Shown piece by piece: positions 32,943 through 46,494 of a DNA stretch of 64,000 bases. Location of the stretch: NCBI RefSeq assembly GCF_009914755.1, contig NC_060927.1. One strand, written 5' to 3'. The position numbers were made by a program, and so were the translations under genes. Source of the stretch: the human T2T-CHM13v2.0 reference genome, Homo sapiens. A model generated the notes under the pieces. It was not told the origin of the DNA. It saw only the letters and a list, made by a program, of their open reading frames with translations, and ran no database searches. Within the stretch, counting starts at the first letter, position 1, and the number at the start of each line of letters is the position of its first letter.

Positions 32943-33964
32943 CTTTGTGGTTTTATCTACCTTTGGTCTTTGATGATCGTGACGTACAGATGGGTTTTTG
33001 GTGTGGATGTCCTTTCTGTTTGTTAGTTTTCCTTTTAACAGTCAGGACCCTCAGCTGCAGGTCAGTTGGAGTTTACTGGAGGTGCACTCCAGACCCTGTT
33101 TGCCTGGGTATCAGCAGCGGTGGCTGCAGAACAGTGGATATTGGTGAACCGCAAATGCTGCTGCCTGATCGTTCCTCTGGAAGTTTTGTCTCAGAGGAGT
33201 ACCTGGCCGTCTGAGGTGTCAGTCCGCCCCTAATGGGGGGTGCCTCCCAGTTAGGCTACTCGGGGGTCAGGGACCCACTTGAGGAGGCAGTCTGCCCGTT
33301 CTCAGATCTCAAGCTGTGTGCTGGGAGAACCACTACTCTCTTCAAAGCTGTCAGACAGGGACATTTAAGTCTGCAGAGGTTATTGCCGTCTTTTGTTTGT
33401 CTGTGCCCTGCCCCCAGAGGTGGAGTCTGCAGAGGCAGGCAGGCCTCCTTGAGCTGTGGTGAGCTCCACCCAGTTCGAGCTTCCTGGCCACTCTGTTTAC
33501 CTACTCAAGCCTGGGTAATGGCGGGTGCCCCTCCCGCAGCCTCGCTGCCACCTTGCAGTTTGATCTCAGACTGCTATGCTAGCATGAGCAAGGCTCCGTG
33601 GGCGTAGGACCCTCTGAGCCATGTGCGTGATATAATCTCCTGGTGTGCCGTTTGTTAAGCCCATTGGAAAAGTGCAGTATTAGGGTGGGAGTGACCCGAT
33701 TTTCCAAGTGCCATCTGTCACCTGTTTCTTTGACTAGGAAAGGGAATTCCCTGACCCCTTGTGCTTCCCGGGTGAGGCGATGCCTCGCCCTGCTTCGGCT
33801 CACACACAGTGCACTGCACCCACTGTCCTGCACCCACTGTCTGGCTCTCCCCAGTGAGATCAACCTGGTACCTCAGTTGGTAATGCAGAAATCACCCATC
33901 TTCTGCGTCACTCGCGCTGGGAGCTGTAGACTGGAGCTGTTCCTATTCGGCCATCTTGGCTTCC

Positions 33965-34246
33965 TTTTTTTTTTTGAGATGGAGTCTCGCTCTGTTGCCC
34001 AGGCTGGAGTGCAGTGGCGCGATCTTGGCTCACTGTAAGCTCTTCCTCCCGGGTTCAAGCCTCAGCCTCCCAAGTAGCTGGGACTACAGGTGCCCGCCAC
34101 CACGTCCGGCTAATTTTTTGTATTTTTTTGGTAGAGACGGGGTTTCATCGTGTTAGCTAGGATAGTCTCGATCTCCTGACCTCATGATCCACCCGCCTTG
34201 GCCTCCCAAAGTGCAGGATTACAGGCGTGAGCCGCGGTGCCTGGCC
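33965..34246 (-). mobile_element. AluY
   Basis: ctgtaagctc, gggactacaggtgcccgcc and cgtgttagctaggatagtctcgatc are AluY diagnostics; small internal deletion. Confidence 0.92.
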
Positions 34247-34852
34247 TAATTTTCTTGCCGGCTTTCACATTCAAATTTTCTTATTGCTATGTTGACATGT
34301 AAGTCATATTTTGTTGAATACTTACAGTATGTATAATTTATACACTGTGGATACTGATATGAACAGGCCTGTTTTCCTGGTCTCTAGTACTTATCATTCC
34401 ATAGTAGAGACAGAACATAAACTCATATTTAAATGCATTAGTCAAGGTTATCTAGCGAAACAGAACCCATAGGAGAGAGATAGATTACTTGATAGATAGA
34501 TGATTAATAGTACAATAGGAGATTCAGGGATACCTCAGAAATACTGTGTGTTCGGTTCCAGACCATCACAATAAAGTGAATAACACAGTAAAGTGAGCCA
34601 CAGACATTTTTTGGTTTCCCAATACATATATAAATTACGTTTACATGACACTGTATTTTAATGTGTATAACATTTTATCTAAAAATGTACATACCTTAAT
34701 TAAAAATATTTTATTGCTAAACAGTACTAATGATCACTGGAAACTTCAGTGAGTCTTAATCTTTTTGCTGGTGGAAGGTTGTGTCTTAATGGTGATGGCT
34801 GCTGACTGATCGGGGTGGTAGTTGCTGAAGATTAGGGTGGCTATGTAATTTC

Positions 34853-35133
34853 TTTTCTTTTCTTTTTTTTTTTTGAGAAAGGGTCTCATATTTTCTTTTT
34901 TCATGGGCTGGGGTGCACTGGTGCAATCACGGCTCACTGCAGTCTCCACTTGCCAGGCTGTAGCAATTCTTCCTAAGTAGCTGGGACTACAGGTGTATAC
35001 CAATACACCTGGCTAATGTTGTACGTGTGTGTGTGTGTTTTGTAGAGATGGGATCTTGCCATGTTGCCGAGCTGGTCTTGAATTGCTAGGCTCAAGGGAT
35101 CTTCCTGTGTTGGCCTCCCAAAGTGCTGGGATT
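34853..35133 (-). mobile_element. AluJ
   Basis: gagaaagggtctc...cacggctcactgcag...aggctcaagggatcttcc; diverged. Confidence 0.85.
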
Positions 35134-36882
35134 GGGATTGGTAGTTTTTTTTTTTTTAAATAAAGCAACAATGAAGTTGGTCACATTGATTGATCCTTCC
35201 TTTCAAGAAAGATTTCTTTATAGTGTGCAAGTCAGTTTGATGAGATTTTACCCACAGTAGAACTTCTTTCAAAATTGGAATCAATCCTCTTAAACTATGC
35301 CACTGCTTTTATGTATATTCTATATCATTTGTTGTCATTTGAACAATGTTCACAGCATCTTCTCTGGAAGATTCTGTCTCCAGAAACCACTTTCTTCACT
35401 TATCCATAAGAAGGAACTCCTCATTCATTCAAGTTTGTTCACGAGATTGCAGCAATTCATTTATGTCTTTAGGCTCTACTTTTAATTCTAGTTCTCTTGC
35501 TGTTTTTACCAGATCTGCAGTTACTTCCTCCACTGAAGACTTGACCTCTCAAAGTCATCCATGAGGGTTAGAATTGACTTCTTTCTGCTAATGTTTATAT
35601 TTTGATCTCCTCCCATGAATGTTCTTATTGGAATTTATAATGCTGAGTCCTTTCCAGAAGGTTTTCAATTTACTCTGCCCAGACCCATCAGAATAATCAT
35701 TATCAATCTGTCTATAGCCTTATGAAATGTATTTCTTAAATAATAAGACTTGAAAGTTGAAATTGCCTCTTGATTCATTGACTGTAGAATGAATGTTGTG
35801 TAAACAGGCATGAAAACAGCATTAATCTCTTGTATATCTCCATCAGAGCTCTTGAGTGACTAGGTGCATTGTCAATGAGCAGTAATATTTTGAGAGACAT
35901 TTTATTCCTGAACAGCAGGTCTTAACAGTGGGCTTAAAATATTCAGTAATCCATGCTATGAACAGGTGTTCTGTCCTGCATGCTTTGATATTCTATTTAT
36001 AGAGCATGGGCAAGTAGATTTAGCATAATTCTCAAGGGTCCTAGGATTTCCATAAGGATAAATGATCACTGGTTTCAACTTAAGTCTCCGGTTGCATTAG
36101 CCCTTAACAAGAGAGTCAGTCTTTCTTTTGAAGCCTACAAGCCAGGCATTGACTTGTTCTTTCTAGCTATGAAATTCCTAGATGGTATCATCTTCTGTTA
36201 TCATCTTTCTTTAGAAGAAAGCCTACAAGCCAGGCTTACTGTAGCCACCTTCATCAGTGATCTTAGCTAGATCTTCTGGATAAGTTGGTGGCAGCTTCTA
36301 TGTCAGCACTTTCTACATGCACTTTTGTGTTATGGAGGACATCTTTCCTTCAAGTGATGAACCAATTTCTCCATGCTTCCAACTTCTTTTCTGTAGCTTC
36401 CTCACCTCTAACAGCCTTCATAGAATTGAAGAGAGTTAGGGTCTTGCTCTGGATTAGGCTTTAGCTTGAGAGAAGCCCCTTGAGGATTTTGAAAGAATGT
36501 TGTAGCTGTTTTGATCTTTTATCCAGACTACTAAAATTTTCTCTGTATCAGCAATAACACATTAGTTTGCTTTTTTATCATTTGTGTGTTCAGTAGGTAA
36601 CACTTTTAGGCTTACTTCCAACTTTTGATTGAAAATGAGAGATGTGTGACTCTTCTTTCACTTGAACAGTGAGAGGGCATTGTAGGGTTATTAACTGGCC
36701 TAACTTTAATACTGTTGTGTCTTAGGGAATAGGGAGGCAGGAGCGGAAGGAGAGAGACTTGAGAATGGCCAGTTGGTGGAGCAATCAGAACATACACAAC
36801 ATTTATGGATTAAGTTTGCTATCTTAGATGGCTGCAGTTCACAGCACTCCAAAACAATTACAAAAGTAACATCAAAGATCAC

Positions 36883-37239
36883 AGTGTCAGCCCATTCACA
36901 TTGCTATTAATAAATACCTGAGGTTATATAATTTATAAAGAAGGGAGGTTTATTTTGGCCTGTGAACCTCAGGAATCTGACAATCATGGCAGAGGGTGAA
37001 GGGAGAGCCAGTGCTTAACATGGTGAGACCTGGAGCAAGGGAGTAGATGCCACAGTCTTTTAAACCGTGAAATCTCATGTGAAAGAGCAAGAACTGACTC
37101 ATTATTATGAGGGGGCACCAATACATTCATGAGGGATCCACCCCCATGACCCAAACACCTCCTAATAGGCCTACCTCCAACATTTGAGGTTACATTTCAA
37201 TATGTGATTCAGTGGGGACAAAATATCCAAACCATATCA
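36883..37239 (-). mobile_element. MaLR solo LTR (MSTA/MSTB-like)
   Basis: ...cattcatgagggatccacccccatgacccaaacacctcc...ggggacaaaatatccaaaccatatca; 5-bp TSD atcac/atcag. Confidence 0.85.
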
Positions 37240-38106
37240 ATCAGTGATCACCCTAATAGATACAATAGTAATCAAAACATTTTAAATATTTTGAGAATTA
37301 CCAAAATATGGCACAGAGACAGGAAGTGAGCAGATGCTGTTGGAAAAATGGTGCTGATAGACTTGGTTGATATGTGGTTGCCACAAACTTTCAATTTATA
37401 AAAAAAATGCACTATGTGGAAAGTATAATAAAGCAAACAACAATAAAACAAGGTTAGCCTGTGAGTATATATATGTGTGTATATATATGTGTGTATATAT
37501 ATGTATATATGTGTGTGTGTATATATATATGTTTATAGAGATTTATTTTACGTTATTGGCTTACACTGTTATGGAGGCTGAGAAGTTCTACAATCTGTCA
37601 TCTATAAGCAGAAGACGCAGAAAAGCCAGTGTAGTTCGAAGGCCTGAGAACAGCAGAGATAATGATATAGATTCCAGTACAGGTGGGAGGGTGGAAAGAA
37701 TGATGGCCCAGCTTATACTATCAGGCAGAAAGCAAATTGAACATTCCTCCACCTTTTTGTTCTATTTAGGCCCATAAGTGATTGGATGATACACAGCCAT
37801 CTGCTTTACTGGGGAGGGCCATCTGCTTTAGTAAGACATCAATTCAAATGCTAATCTCTCCTGGAAACACCCTCACAGATACACCCAGAGATAATGTTTA
37901 ACCAGATATTCGGGCACACTTGGCCCAGTGATGGTGACATATAAAATTAATCATCATCATAAATAAATATAAATGATATTTTTAAAACTGATAAGCTCTA
38001 AGAAGAGAGTAAAGAGGTGACATGAAACAGTGACAAGACAGGAGGTGAGGATGGGGAGAAGGCAGCATTTACTAGTGTGGCAAGGAAAGATACCTCTTGG
38101 GAAGCA

Positions 38107-38330
38107 ATATAGCATGAGGGTTGAGAACATGGACTGAGGCTCAGATTCTACTGCTTACTGCCTGAGTAATGCTGGGCAAGTTACTTAGACTCTCTGTTTC
38201 TGAGTTTTCTCATTAGTAAAGTTAGCCTTGTCAGTATTTACATATTAGTGTTAATATGAATTAAATAAGTGTAATGTGTTTAGAAGAGCACCTGGATTAC
38301 AGGAAACATTCAATGATTGTAGCTATAGTA
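38107..38330 (+). mobile_element. MIR
   Basis: atagcatgagggttgagaacatggact...gggcaagttacttagactctctgtttctgagttttctcat. Confidence 0.75.
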
Positions 38331-38984
38331 TCTGTCAAAGACCAATTAGCACATTCAGGAGTTCAAATGAAGAGAGTTTAATGAAGGGGCCATTTATGGA
38401 GGTGTAGGATTAGATGATGGAACCAGCAGGATGTGGAAAATCACCCAGGTAATAGTAACAGTAGAAAGCCAAGCCATTACTACCCGTAAGCATGAAGAGA
38501 CACAGGGAAAGAATGAGAGTATTTACCAGAGCTTGGTGGGAGCAGTAGCTGTGAAAAAGAATCACTGGTGTCCTTTGGAGCTCGGCATATGATCTTCTTC
38601 CTTCAGTCTCCATAATCTTACCTTAAAGATGATTATTTTCTGTATGATTTAGCTGCTCTTGCATATGGATCCCCTGACAAGAGTTGTGGTCATAAAGAAA
38701 CTCAGCCATGGAGGAAGAGTTGCTTGTCAGGGAGAACCATGGGAGGGTGATACCCTAACCTATCTCTTCCCATTTTTGCATCTTCTAGCATTACTTACTA
38801 TCAGAACATCCAATCGGAATTCATGATAAGGGAATCTAGAAGATGTATTCAGTGGAGGATGATATCCTGAGCCACAGAGAAAGACACAGAAGGGTGGTGA
38901 ATGAGTTGAGGAGGACATTAGGCACTGAGCTTCATTATCATTATCATCACCATTATCATTATTATCATCACAGTTTTCATCATT

Positions 38985-39960
38985 ATTAAATGACATTTGA
39001 GTTGAGAAGTCAGGCCATTCCAGAATTAGGGGGAATAGTACCAGAAACAGAGGACAGCAAGTTTCAATGCCATGAAGCACAGTTGCTGCATGTGGTTGTG
39101 CGGATTTTGAACCACATAAGTGTAGGGGGTGATATTCAAAGAGGCTAGGTTCACAAAGCATAAAGACAAGTGTGACTTGAGTAAAATAAATATGGGAAAT
39201 TGGGGGAGAGATGCAATTGTAAGGATAAACAAGTCCAGATCATTTAGGTTTTTAGAGGCCATGCCAAAGAATTTGAATTTTATTTTACATGTAACAGGAA
39301 GGCCCTTGAGGATTTTAAATAAGGAAGAGATGTGATCCTATCTATATTTACAAAAGACAACTTTAGATGCTACCTGAAGGTTAAATTCTTATAGGCAAGC
39401 AAGAGCAGAAGAAACAGGAATGATGTCACGGTAGTCTTGCTGAGAGATAATAGTGGCTTGGCCTAAAGTTGAGATTCAGTATGTATGAAATAAAGCAATA
39501 AGGCTATCTTATGGGTTGAATATGAGGAGGTGGAGATGATGAAAAAGAAAAGAACTAAAGATAATTCCAGGTCTTTGGTTTAGACAGCTAGGTGGACAAG
39601 ATTGGCATTTATGCAAGAGTGAAAGCCTGGAAGTAGAAGCATGTATTTTGCATGCATGTGTGTGGTGTGTGTAATAGGAGTTAGGGAGATGGGTAATAGG
39701 TAATTGTTGCAGAACCAGGAGTTCTGAGATTTCAGGATTTGAAGAATCCAAATTGACATATTAAGGAGACAGTCCAGAGTACAGAGATGAATTAAGGCCT
39801 GAGATATACATTTGGATGTCATTGTGATATTGATGGGATTTAAAACTATGGAAAGTAGAAGAGGAGTAAGGACTGAGGCCCCAGGTCTGCCTCAGTGTTA
39901 GGAATTTCAGCAAAAGTAGAGAAAGCATTGGAGAGTGGGAAGAAACAGAGGGTGAGAGAG
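38985..39960 (-). mobile_element. L2 fragments
   Basis: Purine-rich L2 motifs (gccatgccaaagaatttgaattttatt, tccaggtctttggtttagacagctaggtgga, gagatatacatttggatgtcat). Confidence 0.6.
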
Positions 39961-40439
39961 GAGGGAAATCACTGCTGTTTATGTCATGAGTGCAAAAAGA
40001 AGAAAATATTTTTTTCTTTTGCTTTGTTTTGTTTTGTTTTGTTTTTGCATAATCCTGAAGGTCAGACGTCAGAATAAAGTGTTTTTAGAAAGAGGGAGGG
40101 ATCACTGGTGTCCTGTGGAGCAATATGGTGCTGGACATACCACCTTCTTTCATTCTCAGGTATCTCACCCTAAAGACGATCCTTCTCTTTTCTGTATCAT
40201 TTATCTTCTCCTCTGCATTCGATCCTGCCAATGATCATTTAAATATGCTCAAATCTTTTCTCTCTTAAAAACCAAACCAAACCCAAACAAACCAAAAATC
40301 CTACAGACTCCTCCCCAAACTCCAGATCCAGCTACTTCTCCCATTGTCAATGGCTCCTTCTCATCCAAGAGCAGTCTAACCTCTGTTTCCAGTTCCTCAT
40401 CACCCACTCTCTAATCCACAAGTTGAGTTGTGATTCTTT

Positions 40440-40830
40440 TGGTAACAAGTTACTGAATACCCAGATACAAGTGACTTAAGAAATGAGGATTTATTTTTCT
40501 ATTAAGAAGAAGGTTGCATGTGGGAAGTTTTAAGGTTGTTTAATTCAGCAATTCAGGGATGTTGGTGCTCTGCAATCCCCTTGGCTTTTTTCTTATGGTT
40601 GCAAGGCAGCTGCAGCAGTTCTAAGTCTTGTGTCTGCACTTAGGAGATGTTTATTTTTCACTATTTCACATTTCACTAAGGAAGAAGCACCCTTTGAGAA
40701 GACACTAGCAGACGCCACTAGAGTATCATTGGCTAATATTGGAACATGTGCTTCACCCATTCTCCAGCCACAGAGAGCCTGAAAGAGCAAAGATCTAGCA
40801 TCTTTAGCCTCAGTGGTGGGAGACACTCTG
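40440..40830. mobile_element. Ancient MLT1-type LTR fragment
   Basis: agtgacttaagaaatgaggatttattt, atggttgcaaggcagctgcagcagttc, tcattggctaatattggaacatgtg. Confidence 0.45.
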
Positions 40831-43728
40831 TTAAGAAGAAAGAAGAGGGTATTTTATTTTGAATGCTCAGCTCATAGCCCATCTCTTCCTCTAGACTAAA
40901 TTACATGATCTTACAGCAGTAATCTGTTTTGTTGTTCATCATTTTCTTCTTAATGCTCAGCCCATTGCTCAACTCAGTTAGTTAAAATATATTTATTTAA
41001 TGAATGCACAAATACCTTTCAATGCATTTTTTAAAAAAAATAGCTACACCAACAATTCTAATTTCCTGTTTCCACTTTGTTAGGGATTAAACAAATCCCC
41101 ACGTTTTTTCAGGTGCATATATGTGTGCATGCACATACACATGTGAATTTAATTGCAAATATGCTTGGAAAGAATGACTGATAACTTTCTTTTAACTAAT
41201 GCATAAACTCAGTGACATTTCTTTGCTTAATCAGAGGCTACACATGCTAATTTTCTAGTTCTTGAGTTTGTTATGGTAAGCAGAGATTGACAAATAGTTG
41301 GCTTCCAGGTAAATGAGATATTATTTCATTGTAGAAAACAAGATCATGAGAAACCATGGAAGTTTTTTCCGGGTTCACATTTTAAAATAATTTCTGAAAT
41401 AATCTGAAGGAAATTAATGTCTAGTTAAACTTAAAGATGCAAAATAAAACTATTGCCATCAATATATTTATAATTTTATGCTATAATGATAAGCCATACA
41501 CAGACCTATTTCAAGAGTCCTTATAATATGTTTGAGTAATAGGCAAGTCCTCAGTAATTTGCAGTTAAATACTATAATAGCATATTTTTGTGTATCAAAT
41601 ACATATTTTTAAAGAAGAAATTATAATCAGGAGCCTTATTTATAAAGCTGTTATCAGGGGTTGTTAGGAATTTTTGAGCTTTTATTTAAAACAAAAAGAT
41701 TATGAGAAGCAATTATTTTTATAGCATATGTGAATGAAAATTGACAATGCAGAATTATTTTTTGCTGTGGGATTCTTAGATACAATAAACAATAATTTTA
41801 AAAATCAATATTTTTTAATTAACATATTAATTAACACATATTTGGAGAGCTACTAATGTAGGCCTGGTACTGTGTTAATAAGAGTTAATTGAAAACTTCA
41901 ATTGTAATATGTAGTTTTATAAATCATGTAGGAATTTTTATGTGTGCTCTAATTACCCTTTGGCCTCATAATAGTGCATTGTAGGTATTTATGAAATACT
42001 CATAAGATAGCTAGACCAATAAATAATATTAAATTAAAGGAGGCAACATGCTTCATAACTAATACTACCCACATGACCCTCAGAAAATGGTAAGCCTTCA
42101 GGAGACTTACGGCTTAGTTGAGGAGATCAGACATGTACAAAATTATAAAAAGCTGGGACAGTAAGAAGAAACTGTTATTCTCTGTTCTTTCTTTGAAACT
42201 TGGCATCGCTTCTTCCCATAATAGTTCAACCAGCTAAGATTGAACTATTAAAGTGTTGAATGTTATCATCTAAGTACTGTCACAGAGCTCAAGAACTGAA
42301 GGTATGGTTTTTGTTTGTGTTTTTGTTTTTTATCATTTCTGGGAACATGTATAAGTAGAAGTACCAATCACTAGAAGCTGCAACTAATTGTTTGGATTCT
42401 TTGCAGTTATATTGTTGGCCAAAAGTTAGATACACTCTATATTCCAGAATTTCTATTTTCTTGGCCCAGAAAGAAGTTGGGTCTACAAATGGTAAGGAAA
42501 TTGTAATTTGTTTATAATCCATTTTTTTGATGTCTACATGGAAATAAAAGAGAGGTTTTCTGGGATAAACCATAGGGAATAAGCATTGGACCTAGTATCC
42601 CAACCTCAGTTGACTTTGATGTCCTCACAGTGTGAAGAGCTGCCTAGGGAATGCTCTCTCGCCAGCCCTAAGGCACAGTCCTTTCCACTCAGCAATCTTG
42701 CATGGGTGAGATTGAAAGAGACTTAGTCTATTTCTGTGATTACATCTGGATGGTATCTCATACAAGGATGAATCAAAGAGAAAGACAATAGTATGGAGAG
42801 ACAGTAGTTTACTCTAGAAACTATTGAGCACCAGGGCGGTCTATTATAAGCAAGGCAGATATATCTTGTAGTCAACTCCAAACAATTAACACCTATATGA
42901 GCCTTGATGTAAGGAAATCAATCAAAGAGACTGAACTGTCCATGCCTGGCCGAAATCCTTGATTCTGAATCAAAAGGGTGGTAAAGTACCAAATTCAGTT
43001 AGTGATTTTAGTGAGCACTAGGGGAATTTTATATTCTAGCCAAACATGTGGTTATCCAATCCCCTTAGGAAAAATGTAGGGTCCTGAGTGTACTAGTTCT
43101 CCCAGTCCCATTTGTTTTTATTTTTTTTTTGTTCTTGCATTAATCATGCACTATGCTAAATATTATATGGACCACATCATTTAATTCTCAAATGGGGGAA
43201 AGATTCTATTATGACCATTATATAGACATGGATACTGAGATTATAAAGACTATTAACTTACTCAACCTCACTCTATTTGAACATCAGCTGACCTCCATTC
43301 TGCATAATATGATATTGTACATATATGAGAAATAGAATAATAATAATTCTCAAGTCAACATCAATACCACTAACTTTCAACTTCATTTGACATTGTCCTA
43401 TAAATACTTGTGATTTAGTAAACAAATATTATTGAATCATGTCCGGTTACTCACAAAAGAAACTAGAAAGATTATCTCTCTATATGATGTAACCTGAAAA
43501 TATATTGTAACATTCTACAAAAAAAATCTCTCTTCTTCCCTGGTTTCTCGTTTTGCCTCCTCACCTACTTTTTCAAATTTTTCTTACCTGTATAGGTTAA
43601 ATGTCTTACTACTTAGTAGCTGTGACAGTTTTCCTAGTGCCTCAAATCTTCACCTGTAAATTTCACATAAGAATAACATTTATTTCGTGACATAGCCATG
43701 AAAAAGAAATCAGATAAAGCCTGTAAAG

Positions 43729-43995
43729 TTGTGCTTCTCAAACCATCTATGGTGAATGAACATTTTCTATAAGTTATTATCAATTGCAGACTGATAAAAC
43801 ATCAAAAATCAATTGTAAGAGAAATTAAGTAAAAAATAGAATTTTTTATTATTAGGTTCAGTGCTGTTACTGTTTTGAATTCCTATAAAAGTCTTTCAAA
43901 GCTTGCTCAGATTTCTTTACTTATCTCATTGCAAATTGATAGCAAATAGTTGGCTCATTGGCAATAGTCCATTGGCCCCATTTTGAGCAACACTG
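43729..43995. mobile_element. hAT-Charlie MITE (MER112-like) inside a MIR
   Basis: TIRs ttgtgcttctcaaac ... ttttgagcaacactg; ~265 bp. Confidence 0.55.
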
Positions 43996-45381
43996 ATGTA
44001 AAGCTCCTAAAAGAGTGCCTTTTACATATTACATGCTCAATAAATATTTGCAGTTTTATTGAAAATAAGCAAGGTACCAATGACACTGTTAGTTTTTACC
44101 TTTCTTAACTTTTTAGCTTTCTCCTCCAAACCACTCTTTTCTTCACAAAATTTTCTCCATTAGATTTTACTACCCCCATCCTCCTCAATGCTTTTGTTCC
44201 TCTTGCTAATTTATTTTGAATGTCCCTTAAAGTTTAATTCCTGGACTTAAGGCTCTCTCTCTTTTTGCGTGCATTTCCTTGAATTCTTCATTTCATTAGA
44301 AAGTCACCTTCTCCCTGACTCCACCACCTTCTCCCCTGGATTTTTGTCTTACCATAGCCAGTCTCCAATTCACACACCTCTGCCTCCCAGGTGACTTTAA
44401 CCTTCAGCCTTGTTACCTTGCTTTCATATCAGTGCAACAATCTTCTATTGCTGTCTCTACCATCATTTATTTCTGTTTCAACTTATTTTGCATGCAGTGG
44501 TTATTATGTACTATTTTGATAACTGTTTACATTTAAAATAATTGTCATTAATTTGTTTTCTTAAAAAAATCTGGCAGGAATTGAGAACTTGACAGTACCA
44601 ACCAAATTCAAGAAAAGGTGTTTTATATTCTGCTGAGACTTTATTTTGGCAGTAAGTCCTCTTTCTAGTTCTTCTCTTCAAAATTCAGTCTGTGTTTTCT
44701 TAGCTTCCTTCAGTCACTCACTTTTTAATTCCTCACATCTTTCTTGAGGATTATTTGTAACTCTGGTCATGCTGAATTGCTTTATATAGGAGAGGCAGGA
44801 TCTCCACCTTGTCCTAATCCCTCTGGGACACTTTATTTGCTCAATTTAGCTCTGAGAATAAATCATTTGTTTCCAGACTATGGGCTAGAGATCAGTAGGG
44901 CATGCTAGGATGTATGCAAGTGGTCTGTGACTCTACAGGTAACCTCTACCCAAACATCAGTCTTATTAACTATTCTGAATAATTCAAACTATACTTTCCC
45001 TTAAAAGGATTATATTGTTCAAAAACATGAGTAGAACATTATTCATTGTAAACAACCTGAAAACAAATCAATACAAAATATACATAAAATGTGCTTGTTC
45101 TTAATTGTAACGCTGTGTTTTCCCCACACTTGAAATTCCATCTCCAATTTCTTTTCATCTCTCTTCCATACAGATCTGTTGCTCCCGCTGACCTTGTGGT
45201 ACATTCAGTTCCACATTCCAACCTTAACTACAAATGTTAGCACTGACTAGAATGTTCTCTTGTAGTGTCTCTGCCAATTATCATTCATTTATTAATACTG
45301 TTATTGTCATTATCATCATCGTTGTCATTGTTGAATTGGCTCACTTCTTCCAAGAGGATGTCTTGGCTAACTTCTTAAGGC

Positions 45382-45836
45382 AAGCAGTTTTCAAAGTGTG
45401 ATAAGAGGATCCCTCGGGATTCCTGGTATCCTTTCAACTATGTATTTGTGTGTGGGTGGATTGTCTTCTAATACTTCAAGCAAAACACTGTATCATGATA
45501 GATTGAATGAAGGAGCAGATATGGCAATCCAGCTGTCTCATATTAATCCTAGCATTAAATACACTTGCAAAAGTGTAAAATGGCACAGCTCTTCTCACTA
45601 AATGATTTTGTTTTTGAAAATATTGTTTTATATAAAACATTTATATTAATATATAATGGGTTTATAGTTGTTACTTAAAGATAAATTGATACATAAATAT
45701 ACATTTTTCAAAATTCAAGCATATTATGGTAAATATCCATAGAGATATTCTAAATATTAAAAAAAAACCTCTTAACATCCTCAATCATTTCTAAAGTCTA
45801 AAGACATGGAGAGACCAAAAAGTTTGAGAATTACTG
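45382..45836. mobile_element. Non-autonomous hAT-Charlie element
   Basis: agcagttttcaaagtgtg ... aaaagtttgagaattactg; near 8-bp TSD cttaaggc/ctttaagc. Confidence 0.65.
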
Positions 45837-45904
45837 CTTTAAGCATTAAGGTATATAGGGCATTTTGTTACTATATATATCTGCTCATTCTCTTCAGCTT
45901 CATA

Positions 45905-46494
<590 letters not shown>

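Larger units (their letters stand above)
34525..37461 (-). mobile_element. Tigger1, second near full-length copy, with nested AluJ and MST LTR
   Basis: cagggatacctcag...gttcggttccagacc to ...aataaaacaaggttagcctg; collinear with the copy at 21318-23651. Confidence 0.92.
34434..37957 (-). mobile_element. MLT2 (ERVL) LTR split by Tigger1 (34434-34524 and 37462-37957)
   Basis: tgcattagtcaaggttatctagcgaaacagaacc...; ...tatggaggctgagaagtt...aaatgctaatctc...aacaccctcacagatacacccag...ataaaattaatcatca. Confidence 0.8.

Noticed and set aside
38760-39161. 133-aa ORF with an acidic D/N-rich run
   Set aside because: The run comes from an (ATC/ATT)n low-complexity tract next to L2 relics.
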